DNA of 64,000 nucleotides, from contig NC_043013.1 in assembly GCF_006345805.1 (NCBI RefSeq), positions 45,198,001-45,262,000 of the forward strand, given 5' to 3'. Positions 1 to 59,742 of the stretch are shown piece by piece. The DNA comes from Octopus sinensis (taxonomy: Eukaryota). How positions within the stretch are numbered: the stretch's first letter is position 1; each line of letters starts with the position of its first letter. The notes below the pieces were generated by a model. That model was not told where the DNA came from. It saw nothing but the letters and a program-made list of their open reading frames with translations, and made no database searches. Both the position numbers and the translations under genes were made by a program.

Positions 1-46
1 CATATTTAATTCCGTTACCCATTGCAGCAAAAGTATACTTCAAAAA

Positions 47-448
47 TCTTTATATATAAAAGAGAGGTTGTGTGCTGTCTGTCTCCTACGATTTAGATTC
101 CTAACTACTCCCACATTTTGCGGTGCAGTTTAACCAAAACTGGGTATCTTATAGTCGTGATTCATATCGAGCCCTTCTGGGTATTAGCACGCGTCTACAA
201 TGAGTCTACGATTTAAAAAAAAATTTACCATAATTTTTCCGTATTTTTAATGCATTTTTTTGCTATTATATAAGTGAAGTAACTCTCTAAAAATGTATTA
301 TTAAATCTCAGAACGTAAAAAGCTACAGTAACACCCCCCCTCCTTTGTGGTTAGCCATATTGAGATGGTTATTATACTTTACATCTCTAAAAATGCTTAT
401 ATAGTTATTTCCCTTACAAACCCGAGCAACGCCGGGTGATACTGCTAG
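47..448 (+). mobile_element. Non-autonomous Helitron, family H1, copy 1
   Basis: Starts TC after A and ends CTAG before T, with subterminal hairpin CCCGAGCAACGCCGGG and no TSD. Near-identical copies at 13876 and 34346. Confidence 0.85.
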
Positions 449-734
449 TCCCTAGTCATAAAGCGTGTAATACTCCAATGTTATTATATATTATGAAGTG
501 TCAAAACATTTCATTGCATATCCATGACCTGCTCCCCGACAACATTCAACAACACAGTGCAATAGTGTCAGTGACTGGGTCAAAGACGGCTGCAAAAATT
601 GTTTGAGGATGTTAGACAAAAGTAAATATAATGGTATAGCCATCTCTCTCTGTCTGTCTGTTTGTCTATCTGTCTCTCACTCTGTCACACAAACACACAC
701 ACTCTCTCTTTCTCTCTCCTGTCCCCACTCTCTC

Positions 735-2465
<1,731 letters not shown>

Positions 2466-2469
<4 letters not shown>

Positions 2470-2600
2470 TATATATATATATACAAATACACATACATAT
2501 TCATGTATATATATATATATATATACATACACATGGATATTTATACATATATGTATATGTATGTACATATATACATACACACACACATATATATATATAT

Positions 2601-2633
<33 letters not shown>

Positions 2634-2842
2634 CATACATATATATACATACACATACACATACATACATACATACATACATGCATACATACACACATAT
2701 ATATATATATACATATATATATATACATATATATATATATACATATATATATACACACACACACATATATGGTATGTATGAATATACATACATATGTGTA
2801 TGTGTGTGTGTGTGTGTGTGTATGTGTACACACATACACACA
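2466..2842. repeat. (TA)/(TACA)/(TG) compound microsatellite
   Basis: Directly visible. Confidence 0.95.
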
Positions 2843-4301
2843 TCCTTTTAAAGTGGTTAGTATTAGTCAATAAACTTCAGTCACCTTGACCACAGCTCTT
2901 ATTGAAATGTGTCCTTGTTTTGTTGATTTTTATTAAACATAAGTTATAAACACAACTTCAGCTGAACATTGAATGGGGTATGGCAACCAAAAAATTTGAT
3001 AGCATAATTTTCATAGATGCTACAACTAACAGAAAAAATGCTGATATAGAGTGAATTGATGGATGCATCTAGCAGTGCCACTTAACGCAAAGATTTGATC
3101 TAAACACTTCATAACAATTTCAGAAATGATTCAGACTAAGTATCACAATAGGAAAACTTAAGAGTTTATTAATGGCTTCAAAGAGATATTTGTGAGATAA
3201 CAATGATATTGATGGCCCATTGAAGTCAACATTAAAATGCTCCAGAGACTGAATAACCTTGATCAGAGTGCTTTCTTGAAAGTCGGTTTCATTTTGGCAT
3301 ACTGTTGACAAAAAGAACAGGTCTTTTTAATGTCATCTGTAGAGAAAGGTAGATTTTGTATTTTAGCTTACACAAAATTAAGCATTTTTATTATCCTTGG
3401 GTGACACAGTGTTTTATGTATTTCAGATAATTTGGCATACATCAGTGCATTAGGAATTACATTGTCCATTTTTCATGAATTTAATTGATAGTGGCAGAAA
3501 AAAATGCAAGTTTTATATACTATTGCTGTACCTAGCTTTTTGTTTGTATGTATTTTCTCCTATTTAACATAAAAACAACTGGCTTTTTATTAGTAATGAG
3601 AGCAAAATCATGTCCAATATAATTTCACTTTAAATAGCCTTGATAAGTGCAGTGGCTTCTTTTCTATTGGAATATAGTAATGTTTGTTGTCAGTTCTTTA
3701 TATGAAAACCACTTGTCTGTCTCTTTGATTTAGAATAGCTAAAACTGTGACATCAAATGCATCACATTAATACAATGAAAGTGCTAAGATGACATTTTGT
3801 ATTTCCTTTTTCAAAGCATTAAAGGCGTTAAGTGTTCTTTGACTGAGAGGATATGACTGCATTTCTGCCAAGGCTCTGATTTTCTCTGAGAATTTATGGA
3901 TGCATTTTGCATAATATACAAAACATGCCTAGAGTGACCCAAGATTTGGTGGAAGTAGCGGCTCTTGCCAACAATGTAGTCTCAGGATCAGAATGAACAA
4001 TGCTGCTCCAATTACAATAGCCAAATATTTTGATAGATCTTGCTGAAATGACAGATCTTGAATCATTCTCTGTTAAGTTTTGGTTTCAAGAAATGTTCAA
4101 GGACTTTTCAATGTTGTCTCTTTTACATGCTGCTATATTGTCAAGGGAGGGGAAAAATGTCTTTAAAATTCTTTTCCATTACAACTTTATCATTAGTCAT
4201 CTGGAAATAGGCAGCACCATTTGCAAAGCTAGAAGGAATATGGCAAAACTGCTGCAAATGCAGTGTAGTCTTACCTGATTCCAACAGAAGTATTTTATGA
4301 T

Positions 4302-4650
4302 ACTCTTTACTCTTTTATTTGTTTCAGTCATTTGACTGCGGCTATGCTGGAGCACCGCCTTTAGTCGAGCAACTCGACCCCGGGACTTATTCTATCGGTC
4401 TCTTTTGCCGAACCGCTAAGTGACGGGGACGTAAATACACTAGCATCGGTTGTCAAGCAATGCTAGGGGGACAAACACAGACACACAAACACATATATAT
4501 ATACATATATACGACAGGCTTCTTTCAGTTTCCGTGTACCAAATCCACTCACAAGGCATTGGTTGGCCCGAGGCTATCGCAGTGGGACTGAACCCAGAAC
4601 CATGTGGTTGATTAGCAAGCTACTTACCACACAACCAGTCCTGTGCCTAT
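4302..4650 (-). mobile_element. tRNA-derived SINE family A inserted in the Gypsy relic
   Basis: Matches family A copies such as 35116; candidate TSD TATGAT at 4296-4301 and 4648-4653. Confidence 0.8.
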
Positions 4651-4984
4651 GATGTACACCTTTTCAGTTGAAGGTACAGAAAAAATTGCATGCAGAAAAA
4701 CTTAATGATTATAGCATCAATGTGTGGAAGTGTGTATCTAAATCAATGAACAAATTTATAGTTGAAGAATAATAAACGCAGAATTATTTCTTGTGATGGT
4801 TAAGTTCATCTTTTGTTACTATTCTTTGTAGGTGACATACTAGACTCAATGCAGGCCTCAGATAGTAGCTCATAAACTTCTTTGCCAATAAATTCTCGAC
4901 TGAAAGAGCGAACATCACAAAATACTTCTGTTGGAATCAAGTAAGACTACACTGCATTTGCGGCAGTTTTGCCATCTCTTGGTA

Positions 4985-5293
4985 GTCGCACACGACTAAC
5001 AAAGTCTTATATGGGCATCTTCTGAAGATTTCAACTGTCATTAGAAAGTGTTGTCTAGTTCTTGCTGGATATGTAAATGAAACACAGTGAAGCTGCTACA
5101 AGAGTTCTGTTATGCTCCCCCCAATGTCACTTGTAGATGTGGTCACCTGAACCTGATCCTAAAGAAAATCATTAAGGGAGATGTTGGACTACATGACGGT
5201 GTCTTGATGAATGTGGTGCAAGAATGCAATACATGGAGGAAACTCAGCATCACCAGTTGGTGTTGGATGATTGAAAACGAAAAAGAAAAAAAT
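4985..5293 (+). mobile_element. 5'-truncated RTE-like LINE 3' end
   Basis: Degenerate LYGHLLKISTVIRK..LVLAG...RCGH...WRKL resembles an RTE ORF2 C-terminus; ends in an A-rich tail. Confidence 0.5.
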
Positions 5294-8200
5294 TAAGCCA
5301 TCTTGATTTTGTTGCAATGGACTTGAAATTTTGCAGCAAATTTGGGAAGTGTAGGAATTTCATTGTTTGCTTTGGTGGCAGTGGCATTAACTCATGTAGT
5401 GGTTATATGTATATCAATGAACATAGATGCAAATGGAATGTGTATGTAAACAAATACGTAAACCGATCCATAATTGAAAAGAATTTATTTACAATGTTTG
5501 ATTCATTATAGGTACACTACATACAAAATGTAGGCAACTGCTACGAGTTGCTAGAAATACAGAGTACATTCGTGGAAGTCATATTAGGAATGAATATGTT
5601 TGTGTGTGTGCGTTGATCATTTGAAACAGTAGTCGAGCATAGCACTTTGAAACATTCCTCTCGGTCTCTGCCAAAGCCTTGTGTAGGTGGACTATCTCGT
5701 CTGTCGGCCTGCCTCTTTTGTTTCACCACGGTTTTATAATATTTGTGGCAGCTAGAAAGACAGACATACTGCAGCAGAGTTTGTACCTAAATAGGTCAGC
5801 GCCTGTCCAGTTGAACTTCGCCTGACATGATGAGGTCGCAGGTCAATGGGAGGTGATCAATCAATTTTTGACAGGACAAAGAAAACCTTTTTCCACGCCT
5901 GTTGATCGTTGTGGTTTGAACGACCGAGAATTCTTGGATTTGGTTTCGAATCTAGGCTTGGAGAAGGAAGTGTTAATTCTTACACTCAAATCTGAGTAGT
6001 TAATCTGTAGTGAGTGATTGAGTCTCTTCATCCTTATGGGTGCAAAGGGTGCTGGTGCCTGAGCTGACTGTTTAGGCCAAGGGCAGCGTAGAAGATCCAG
6101 GGAAACATTTTTCACAGGGGAGGGTTGGTGGGAGGTGAGGAAGTGCGAGTCACTCTTTCTGTCTTTGACGTCTGATCTCTGCCTCTTGACATCTGTTATT
6201 TTATATCTGCTGTGTTCTTTTGACAATGACATACCATCACTTTGGGTGATCCTTGGCAATTGTCTCCCAGGTATTTGGGCCAATGGAGCAGCTGAGGGGA
6301 GTGGCCTTGAGCTGGTCTTGGAAACAGAATTTGGGGGCTACACATGGTCTGGTTGCATTAGCAAACAATGATTTAGGTTTTGTTATAAGATCTGGTGAGC
6401 AATTGCCATATTCAGTAATGATATGAAAATCTTAATTAAGAATAATACCACTGCATAGGTTTTAAAAAACTCTAAAATTAACATAAGATTAATAAAAGGA
6501 CAATGCATGCATTTCAGTTCTGTATGAACAGTAAAAGAATAATTTTAGCATTTAAATCAGTTAGTCCTATTCGTGTTAATAAAGCTAATTGTGGAGTGAT
6601 GGGAAGTATGCTGTGTCTGGGCTTATAAAACTGAACTAGCAGAGTCAATGAGTGTAGTAAGGACATAATTGTTGATAATAAACCCCTTCTCAGCAAAGGA
6701 TAAATTTTGGAGTACGTTTGGCACGATAATCTGGATTAATTTTAAGCCATACCAAGTAAAGCAATTTTCTCCATGATAAAAATATCAAAGAAAAAAAAAA
6801 ATGTAAATACCAATTGACAACATTTTAGCGATAGAGTGACCACAATTAATAATGTTTAAGAACGAAGTGCACAATACACGACAGATAACAATTACAAACA
6901 CTTGTGCATTATCTTATTTGTCTAACGCCCCTCTGATTGTATTACCCTGGTGTTGACTGCAACCCCACATCTTGCACTCCTCGTGACAACTGTGGCCACG
7001 CCCCACAATCACTGATTGCATATCTTCAAACATAACCTCCTCAGAAAGATTGACCTTCCTTTACAGACCTAGAAAATACTTTTAGCAACCCATCAACTAC
7101 TTACACTATAAGTTTAATTGAGACCCACAAAGGAACGACGCTGCTGTTACACATAGAGACACTCTACATTGCATTAAAAAAAAATTAAATACCTCCCTTC
7201 CACCTCATCTCCCGATTCGATTGGCATCAAGTCATTCACCAACACACTCCAGCCCGAGTCATGAACACGCTGCCGCCCCAGCTGTCGTTTCTATTTTCCC
7301 TATTCATCGGGCCTGGGATGGTTTCGCACCACCTCTACTTAGGCAAACTCATTAGTCTCCCCTCCTCTCATCATCTTTATTGTCCCGTACTCATCGCTTT
7401 TCACAGTCCTTACTTCGCGGAATGCCACTCCTCTGGAATTTCCTTCGTTCCTATGTTTATATCATTCTGCCGTTAACTTTTAACTTGTACACAATAAACA
7501 TTAACCCCGATTTCATCGGACCCAGTGGGCCTATATCGCAAACACAGGCCCTTCCTCCACAACTAAATAATGAAATAAAAAACAAAGCATACCTATAATT
7601 ATATCTACACACACACACACATACACGCGAGCACACACGCACACATTGCAGGATTTATTCTATTTTCCTTTAACTAGGATCAGCGCCTGAAATTTATAAA
7701 AGAATAAGAAATGGGATGTCGTTGCGACTGTGCCACATCCATGAGTGTTAAAAGCTGATTGTGAAGAAAAGGTACTTTATATCGGGTATTAAAACCTGAT
7801 GTCGAAGTCGAATCATTTGAGAGTTGACTTCTATTTAACGCTAGTTGAAAATTACATAGAGTACAATCTGCCCAGACTGTCACAATAATTCCTGGCTCTA
7901 CGCCTGTCAAACGATACATCATAGCATAGCAGAGGCATGATAATACCTACAACTCATCTGTGGGTTGTGTCTAGCCGTAAAGTCGACAACCAGCATGGTA
8001 TATGTGTCTGTCTGCTCGATTTAGAGCGACCTAAGTTTACACAGTATAGTAGAAACACGAGAGAAAAAGACCTTGTACCTTGATAGTACTAACTAAACAA
8101 GTGTAAGGATGAGAGGCTAATCGGGGGAGAGATACGTGAAGGACACGTTCATTCATGAATCTGTGTAGAAACCCCAGTTTTTTTTGTTTTTGTGTGTGTG

Positions 8201-8449
8201 TGTGTCATTTATAAGTTGTGTTTACAGTGAGAGTCCTGTGACCGAATAACAATGAAACCGAGGCTGGTTCTTTTTCCCTTCCGCTCCTGCTGCTGCTACT
8301 TCAAGCCTGATTTCCCCTCTTGCCGCTCCTCCTTCCTGCTCTTGTTTTTGTTGTTGATTTCAAGTGTCTTTCTAGGTGGGAATCGTGCTGTGGTGGTCGG
8401 CTGAGGGAGAGAAAGCAGTTACGGCTTCATTCTAATTACGTTCGAAACG

Positions 8450-53992
<45,543 letters not shown>

Positions 53993-54466
53993 CCTGACTA
54001 ACCAGGAAGAAATGAAATTCAAGAATCATTCAAAACAGGAGGACTGGAAATTTGAATGAATGCTATTTAATATGCAAATATCTTGTCTGACTGTTAACTT
54101 CAGAACTGGTTTGCACTCCAGTATCAACATTTTGGATTCATCATACTATATTGTTTAAAATATATATGTATATGAGTATAAATGTGTCATATATATATGT
54201 GTATATAAGTATGTACATATGTTTTATATATATATATGTATGTGTGTTTGTGTGTATATATATATACATATAAATATTTGTATTTATCTGTGTACATATG
54301 TGTGTGTGTGTAACCAATATTGGCTCTGACCTTGGTTAATGCAATAACACAAACTGGTATATAATAATATACATGTTAAGATGTATACACACACTCACAC
54401 ACACACACACAAAGATTTTATCTTATGCCTGAAATCAGAGACATATTTCTAACTTGTTTTTTCAGC

Positions 54467-54472
54467 AATAAA
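54467..54472 (+). terminator. Candidate polyadenylation signal of HIF1AN
   Basis: AATAAA ~475 nt after the stop, followed by a GT/T-rich downstream element (GTTGTCTGTGTTTTT). Confidence 0.55.
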
Positions 54473-54844
54473 ATCTGTATTTCAAGTTGTCTGTGTTTTA
54501 ATATCTTTCTTTACTATACTTATATATAAAACTGGCCAAAAAATAATAATAATAAAAATAAGATATATAAAAAAAAAAACCCTTTTATTTTGCAAGTTAA
54601 ACCTGTTCTTGGGGTTATTTGCGATGGTGATTCCAAATATACAAGCGGCTAATTAATTGAAACGTAGCCAGTACACATCGTAAAACAAACCCAACAACAA
54701 AATTGGTTGGTTTTCTATATTGCCAGATGGTGTGGAGAATGCTAAGAAACATTGGGCAAATGCGATGTAAAATGATGATGATGATCATCATGACAATCAT
54801 GATGATGATGATGACACCAATTACAATAAAATCAAAAGAAATAT

Positions 54845-54888
54845 TTTATTTTATACATAATCAAAATGTTCTGTATGCAGTTTTTATT
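54845..54888 (-). terminator. Candidate AATAAA signals of IGBP1
   Basis: TTTATT at 54845-54850 and 54883-54888, ~270-310 nt past the stop; AT-rich context makes these weak. Confidence 0.35.
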
Positions 54889-55158
54889 TCAGATAAAACA
54901 TTAATACAAAATAAAGTCTTGTGAGTAATTGATTTACTCAGGGAAAAGGAAGAAAAAAAGGAAAAGGAATGGCAGTGGGGGGGTAGTTCAATAAAATAAT
55001 TTAGTAAATTATTTTGTGAAACTAATTATCATTATTATTATTATTATTGTTATTATTAGAGTTGATTTACAAAACCAGCACATTTAAAAGATTTCAAATT
55101 CAGTTTTCTTTCATTTCTGTGGAGTTACAATTTGTTGGATCAGTGTATAAAGTTCATA

Positions 55159-55199
55159 TCATCCCATGTTATTTCTGTTTCCATCGCCACGACGAATAT
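55159..55199 (-). CDS. IGBP1: IGBP1/alpha4 (TAP42 family) terminal coding exon: (D)IRRGDGNRNNMG*
   Basis: Acceptor CAG|AT; phase matches the upstream exon; conserved RGxGNRxNMG C-terminus of alpha4. Confidence 0.9.
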
Positions 55200-56619
55200 C
55201 TGATATTTGGAAAATAAAACAAAAAACAAAAAAATTAAAGAGGATATTATTAAAATACATTAATTAAAACACATAAAATAATATTTATATTTTTCACATT
55301 TTCTGTGGACACAGGACCATAATTAGTTTTTGCAGACTAACTTTCTTTACTAATATTAATAACAATCTACCACATAAAAAGTGCTGGTGATGGTGTCAAG
55401 TAAAATGCACCCAGTACACTCTGTAAAATGGCTGGCATTATGAAGGGCATCCAGCTGTAGAAACCCTGCCAAAACAGACTATGGAATCTGGTGCAATGCT
55501 TGGCTTTGCTAGCTTCTATCAAACTGTCTAACTCATGCCAACATGGAAAACGGATGCTGATGATGATGACTTACATGTGACATCATGTAGGCAACCTTTA
55601 CATCATGAGCAAGTGTTTCCAAGCAAGGCATTTAATTCGACAAAGTTTGCTAACTGCAGAGAAAGGATATCAGTCCATTGAGGGACAGCGATTAGCTAAC
55701 GCCTATCCAGCGATAGATCTCTATCTCTTCCATTTTACACTTAGTAAAAGTACCAGAGGTAAGAATATCAGTGTATATATATAAATATAATATATATATA
55801 TATACACACACACCTATATATATACACATACACACACACTGCCCATACATGTATATATATATAAAACACACACACACACACACATATATAATATATATAT
55901 ACATATAATATATATATATACACACACACATGTAATATATATACATTATGTATATGTACATATATATATAATATATGTACATATATACACACACATTGTA
56001 CAGGTAAAACTTCATGTAATGACGTAATGTTATAGGCATATACAATAAGTGCTCAGGTTGGTTTACCACCAAAACTCTGACCTGAACTGCGACTGAAACA
56101 AGAGTGGTGTTGCAGCTGGGTTCATCATTGAGCAGGTAGGTATACATTAGAAAGAAAGAACAAACAGGTAAAATACGTGGAGTCACTCTAGAACAACAAA
56201 TTCCTAATTCAAACGTAATTGCAGCGTAAATAGTGGATTAAGAAATTGTGAATAAAGTCTCTTATGCGCAATTTCTTAATCCCTTATTTACTCTAAGAAC
56301 TCTGCAATTACGCTTGGATTATAAATTCCATGCTCCAAATTGCTACTACCCGTTTTACCTGTTTGTTCTTTCTTTCTAATATATATGTATGTAAATATGA
56401 GGTGACAAGCTGGCAGAATCGTTAGCATGCCAGGCAAAATGCTTAGCAGCATTTCGTCTGTCCTTACGTTCTGAGTTCAAATTCTGTTGAGGGTCGACTT
56501 TGCCTTTCGTACTACAGGTGGGGTTGATAAAATAAGAGCCAGTTGAGCATAGAGGTCAATATAATTGATTTACCCCTTCCCTTGAACTTGCTGGCCTTGT
56601 ACCAAAATTTGAAATCTAA

Positions 56620-56650
<31 letters not shown>

Positions 56651-56734
56651 GTATATATATATGTATATATATATGTATATATATATGTATATATTATGTA
56701 TATATATATGTATATATATATGTATATGTATATA

Positions 56735-57319
56735 TATGTGTGGAGGCGCAATGGCCCAGTGGTTAGGGCAGCGTACTCGCGGTTTCGATTCCCAGACCGG
56801 GTGTTGTGAGTGTTTATTGAGCGAAAACACCTAAAAGCTCCACGAGGCTCCGGCAGGGGGTGGTGATCTCTGCTGTACTCTTTCACCACTCTTTCTCTCA
56901 CTCTTTCTTCTGTTGGCCTGCTCGCTTAGCCAGTGGGGTGGCATCATTTGAAGGCTAAAACAATGCGAACGCATTGTGACCAGCGATGTGTAACAACGTC
57001 TGATGGTCTGGTCGGTCACGTGATATATATATATGTGTGGAGGCGCAATGGCCCAGTGGTTAGGGCAGCGTACTCGCGGTTTCGATTCCCAGACCGGGTG
57101 TTGTGAGTGTTTATTGAGCGAAAACACCTAAAAGCTCCACGAGGCTCCGGCAGGGGGTGGTGATCTCTGCTGTACTCTTTCACCACTCTTTCTCTCACTC
57201 TTTCTTCTGTTGGCCTGCTCGCTTAGCCAGTGGGGTGGCATCATTTGAAGGCTAAAACAATGCGAACGCATTGTGACCAGCGATGTGTAACAACGTCTGA
57301 TGGTCTGGTCGGTCACGTG

Positions 57320-57330
<11 letters not shown>
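56735..57330 (+). repeat. Tandem duplication of a tRNA-headed SINE (family D), 297-bp unit
   Basis: Two apparently identical copies GGAGGCGCAATGGCCCAGTGG...GGTCGGTCACGTGA joined by (TA)n. Confidence 0.9.
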
Positions 57331-57354
<24 letters not shown>

Positions 57355-58670
57355 CATGTATATATATATATATATATCGTTTTGGGATTTGGTTTGCAAG
57401 ATTCTTTATGTGAGTTCGTGTGTTGAAGCATATTCTGTTGTTTCAATAGTTTTGAGAGTCAACAACCATTGAAAAGGTTGCAAGACACAACGAAAATTTT
57501 AGAAAAATAAAAAAGACATATGTGGAAATTTTATCGGTGAGTGTGTTAAATTATAAGGCACCAAAAGAGAATGACTCTCCCCCGATATAGATATATATAA
57601 ATATATATATATATAAATGGGTAAAGACCAGCTTCAGTCATGAATAACCATAGGATTGCACCTAGAAAGTTCCCCTCTGAGGCACAAGTCCAGGCAAGGT
57701 TGTTTACAGAAGACCAGCAGTCGCCCATGCATATCTCCACGCCACCAGTGTTATCCAAGGGATAGGCAAAGGCCAATACAGCTTGGCACCAGTGACGTCA
57801 CAACTCATTTCTACAGCTGAGTGAACTGGAGCAACGTGAAATAAAGTGTCTTGCTCAAGAACACAACACGCAGCCCGATCCGGGATTTGAGCTCGCAACC
57901 TCACGATCGTAAGTTCGACGCTCTAACCATGAGCCGTGTGCCTTCACATCTATCTATATATATATATGAATATAAACTGACCCTGACATCGCAACTCATT
58001 CCTATAGCTGAGGGAACTGGAGCAGCGTGAAATAAAGTGTCTTGCTCAAGAACACAACATGCAGCCTGGCCTGGGATTCGAACTCACAACCTCACGATCG
58101 TAAGTTCGACGCTCTAACCACTGAGCCATGCGCCTTCACATCTATCTATAATATATATATATATATATATATGAACTGACCCAGTACTCATTTGTACTCT
58201 ATTTTAATCAATCTTGGAAAGAGAAAAGGCAAAGTTGACATAGGTGGGATTTGAACTCAGAACATAAAGGACTAGAACTAAATATCATAAGGTGTTTTGC
58301 CCATTGCTCTAACAATTCTGTCAAACCATCACTGTACCTGAATGATTTACCTTTTGTTTTTTTTACTGTTCTGATCTGAAGGAAGAAGAAGCTGTGACCT
58401 TGGCCTTTTCGGGCCTTCTGATACTAGTGAGATTGATACAGTTTAATATTCCTCTTGAATAGTTATAAATTGACGGCTGCAAGGAGGGAGAGAATTCAAA
58501 GTGGTGACATTTTGGGGAGGAAGATTTGAGAAGAAGTTGACTGGAGGGGGGAGGGGGTCATGTGACAAATTAGGTCTGATGCACTGCAACAGTGATGTGA
58601 AAAGCAAGGAGAGAAGACAGCACATCTGTTCAGTATACTAACATACACATAATAATAATAACAATAATAA

Positions 58671-59385
58671 TTCTATGTAATCTCAAGTTTTAAAACAAAC
58701 ATAATTTTCGTATGGTTTTTTAGACATTCACTAGTACAACACTAAGTACAAAACCAAATGTATGGCACCCTAGGCATAACACCAACACGAGCTTCCAACT
58801 TGTTGTCTCTTGAGGTCTCTGGGTGAGACTTGGAGCCAACTTGTACAAATGTAAAGCAAAAGTGAAACATAGAATTAGAATAATAATGACGACGACGACG
58901 ACGACGACGACGATTCTATGTAATCTCAAGTTTTAAAACAAACATAATTTTCGTATGGTTTTTTAGACATTCACTAGTACAACACTAAGTACAAAACCAA
59001 ATGTATGGCACCCTAGGCATAACACCAACACGAGCTTCCAACTTGTTGTCTCTTGAGGTCTCTGGGTGAGACTTGGAGCCAACTTGTACAAATGTAAAGC
59101 AAAAGTCAAACATAGAATTAGAATAATAATAATGACGACGACGACGATAATTCTATGTAATCTCAAGTTTTAAAACAAACATAATTTTCGTATGGTTTTT
59201 TAGACATTCACTAGTATAATACTAAGTACAAAACCAAATATATGGCACCCTAGGCATAACACCAACACGAACTTCCAACAAGTTGTCTCTTGAGGTCTCT
59301 GGGTGAAACTTGGAGCCAGCTTGTGCAAATGTAGAGCAAAAGTGAAACATAGAATAATAATAATAATGATGATGATAATAAGACA
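58671..59385 (+). repeat. Triple tandem repeat of ~240 bp (LINE 3'UTR-like) with trinucleotide tails
   Basis: Units start TTCTATGTAATCTCAAG at 58671, 58914 and 59151. Confidence 0.9.
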
Positions 59386-59562
59386 TCATATCATATAGGC
59401 ACAGGTGTGGCTGTGTGGTGCTAAGAAGCCTGCTTCCCAACCACAAGGTTTCAGATTCAGTCTTGCAGCATTACAAATTGGGTAAATGCCTCCTACTATA
59501 GACCTGGGCCAACCAAACACTTGCAAATGGATTTGGTAGGCGGAAACTGAAAGAACCCCACC

Positions 59563-59596
<34 letters not shown>

Positions 59597-59711
59597 CTCA
59601 CGTTAAGTAATCCTAGGTGCTCCTTACAACTCGATGTGGTTGGCCAGAACCCAGATTATAGCCGAGTGCTTGAACAGTACCTGCCTGGATACTTTATACC
59701 TATCTATTCAT

Positions 59712-59742
<31 letters not shown>

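Larger units (their letters stand above)
2880..5900 (-). mobile_element. Highly decayed Gypsy/Ty3 LTR-retrotransposon pol relic (RT-RNaseH-integrase)
   Basis: Manual minus-strand translation gives degenerate motifs in pol order: SIATKSR (~5320), HKIL..DYTAF / FCHIPSSFANG (~4250), SLDNI (~4140), CDAFDVTVLAILNQ...EKEATA (RNase H, ~3700), LSEIHKTLCHP...CSFC (integrase Zn finger, ~3350), LIKVIQSLEHFNVDFNGP (integrase core, ~3240). Many stops and frameshifts; LTRs not identified. Confidence 0.75.

Noticed and set aside
4830-4975. Minus-strand reading resembling an integrase core (SREFIGKEVYELL)
   Set aside because: The opposite strand matches RT motifs in the right order, and the real integrase relic is at ~2900-3450.
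5861-6283. 140-aa minus-strand ORF as a host gene divergent from HIF1AN
   Set aside because: No recognisable domain; lies where decayed gag of the Gypsy relic is expected.
7200-8449. Promoter or hypoxia-response elements upstream of HIF1AN
   Set aside because: Isolated RCGTG or TATA-like words are expected by chance; the transcription start cannot be placed from sequence alone.
58671-59385. CRISPR-like or repeat-spacer array
   Set aside because: Repeats are ~220 bp, linkers are microsatellites, there are no cas genes, and the context is eukaryotic.
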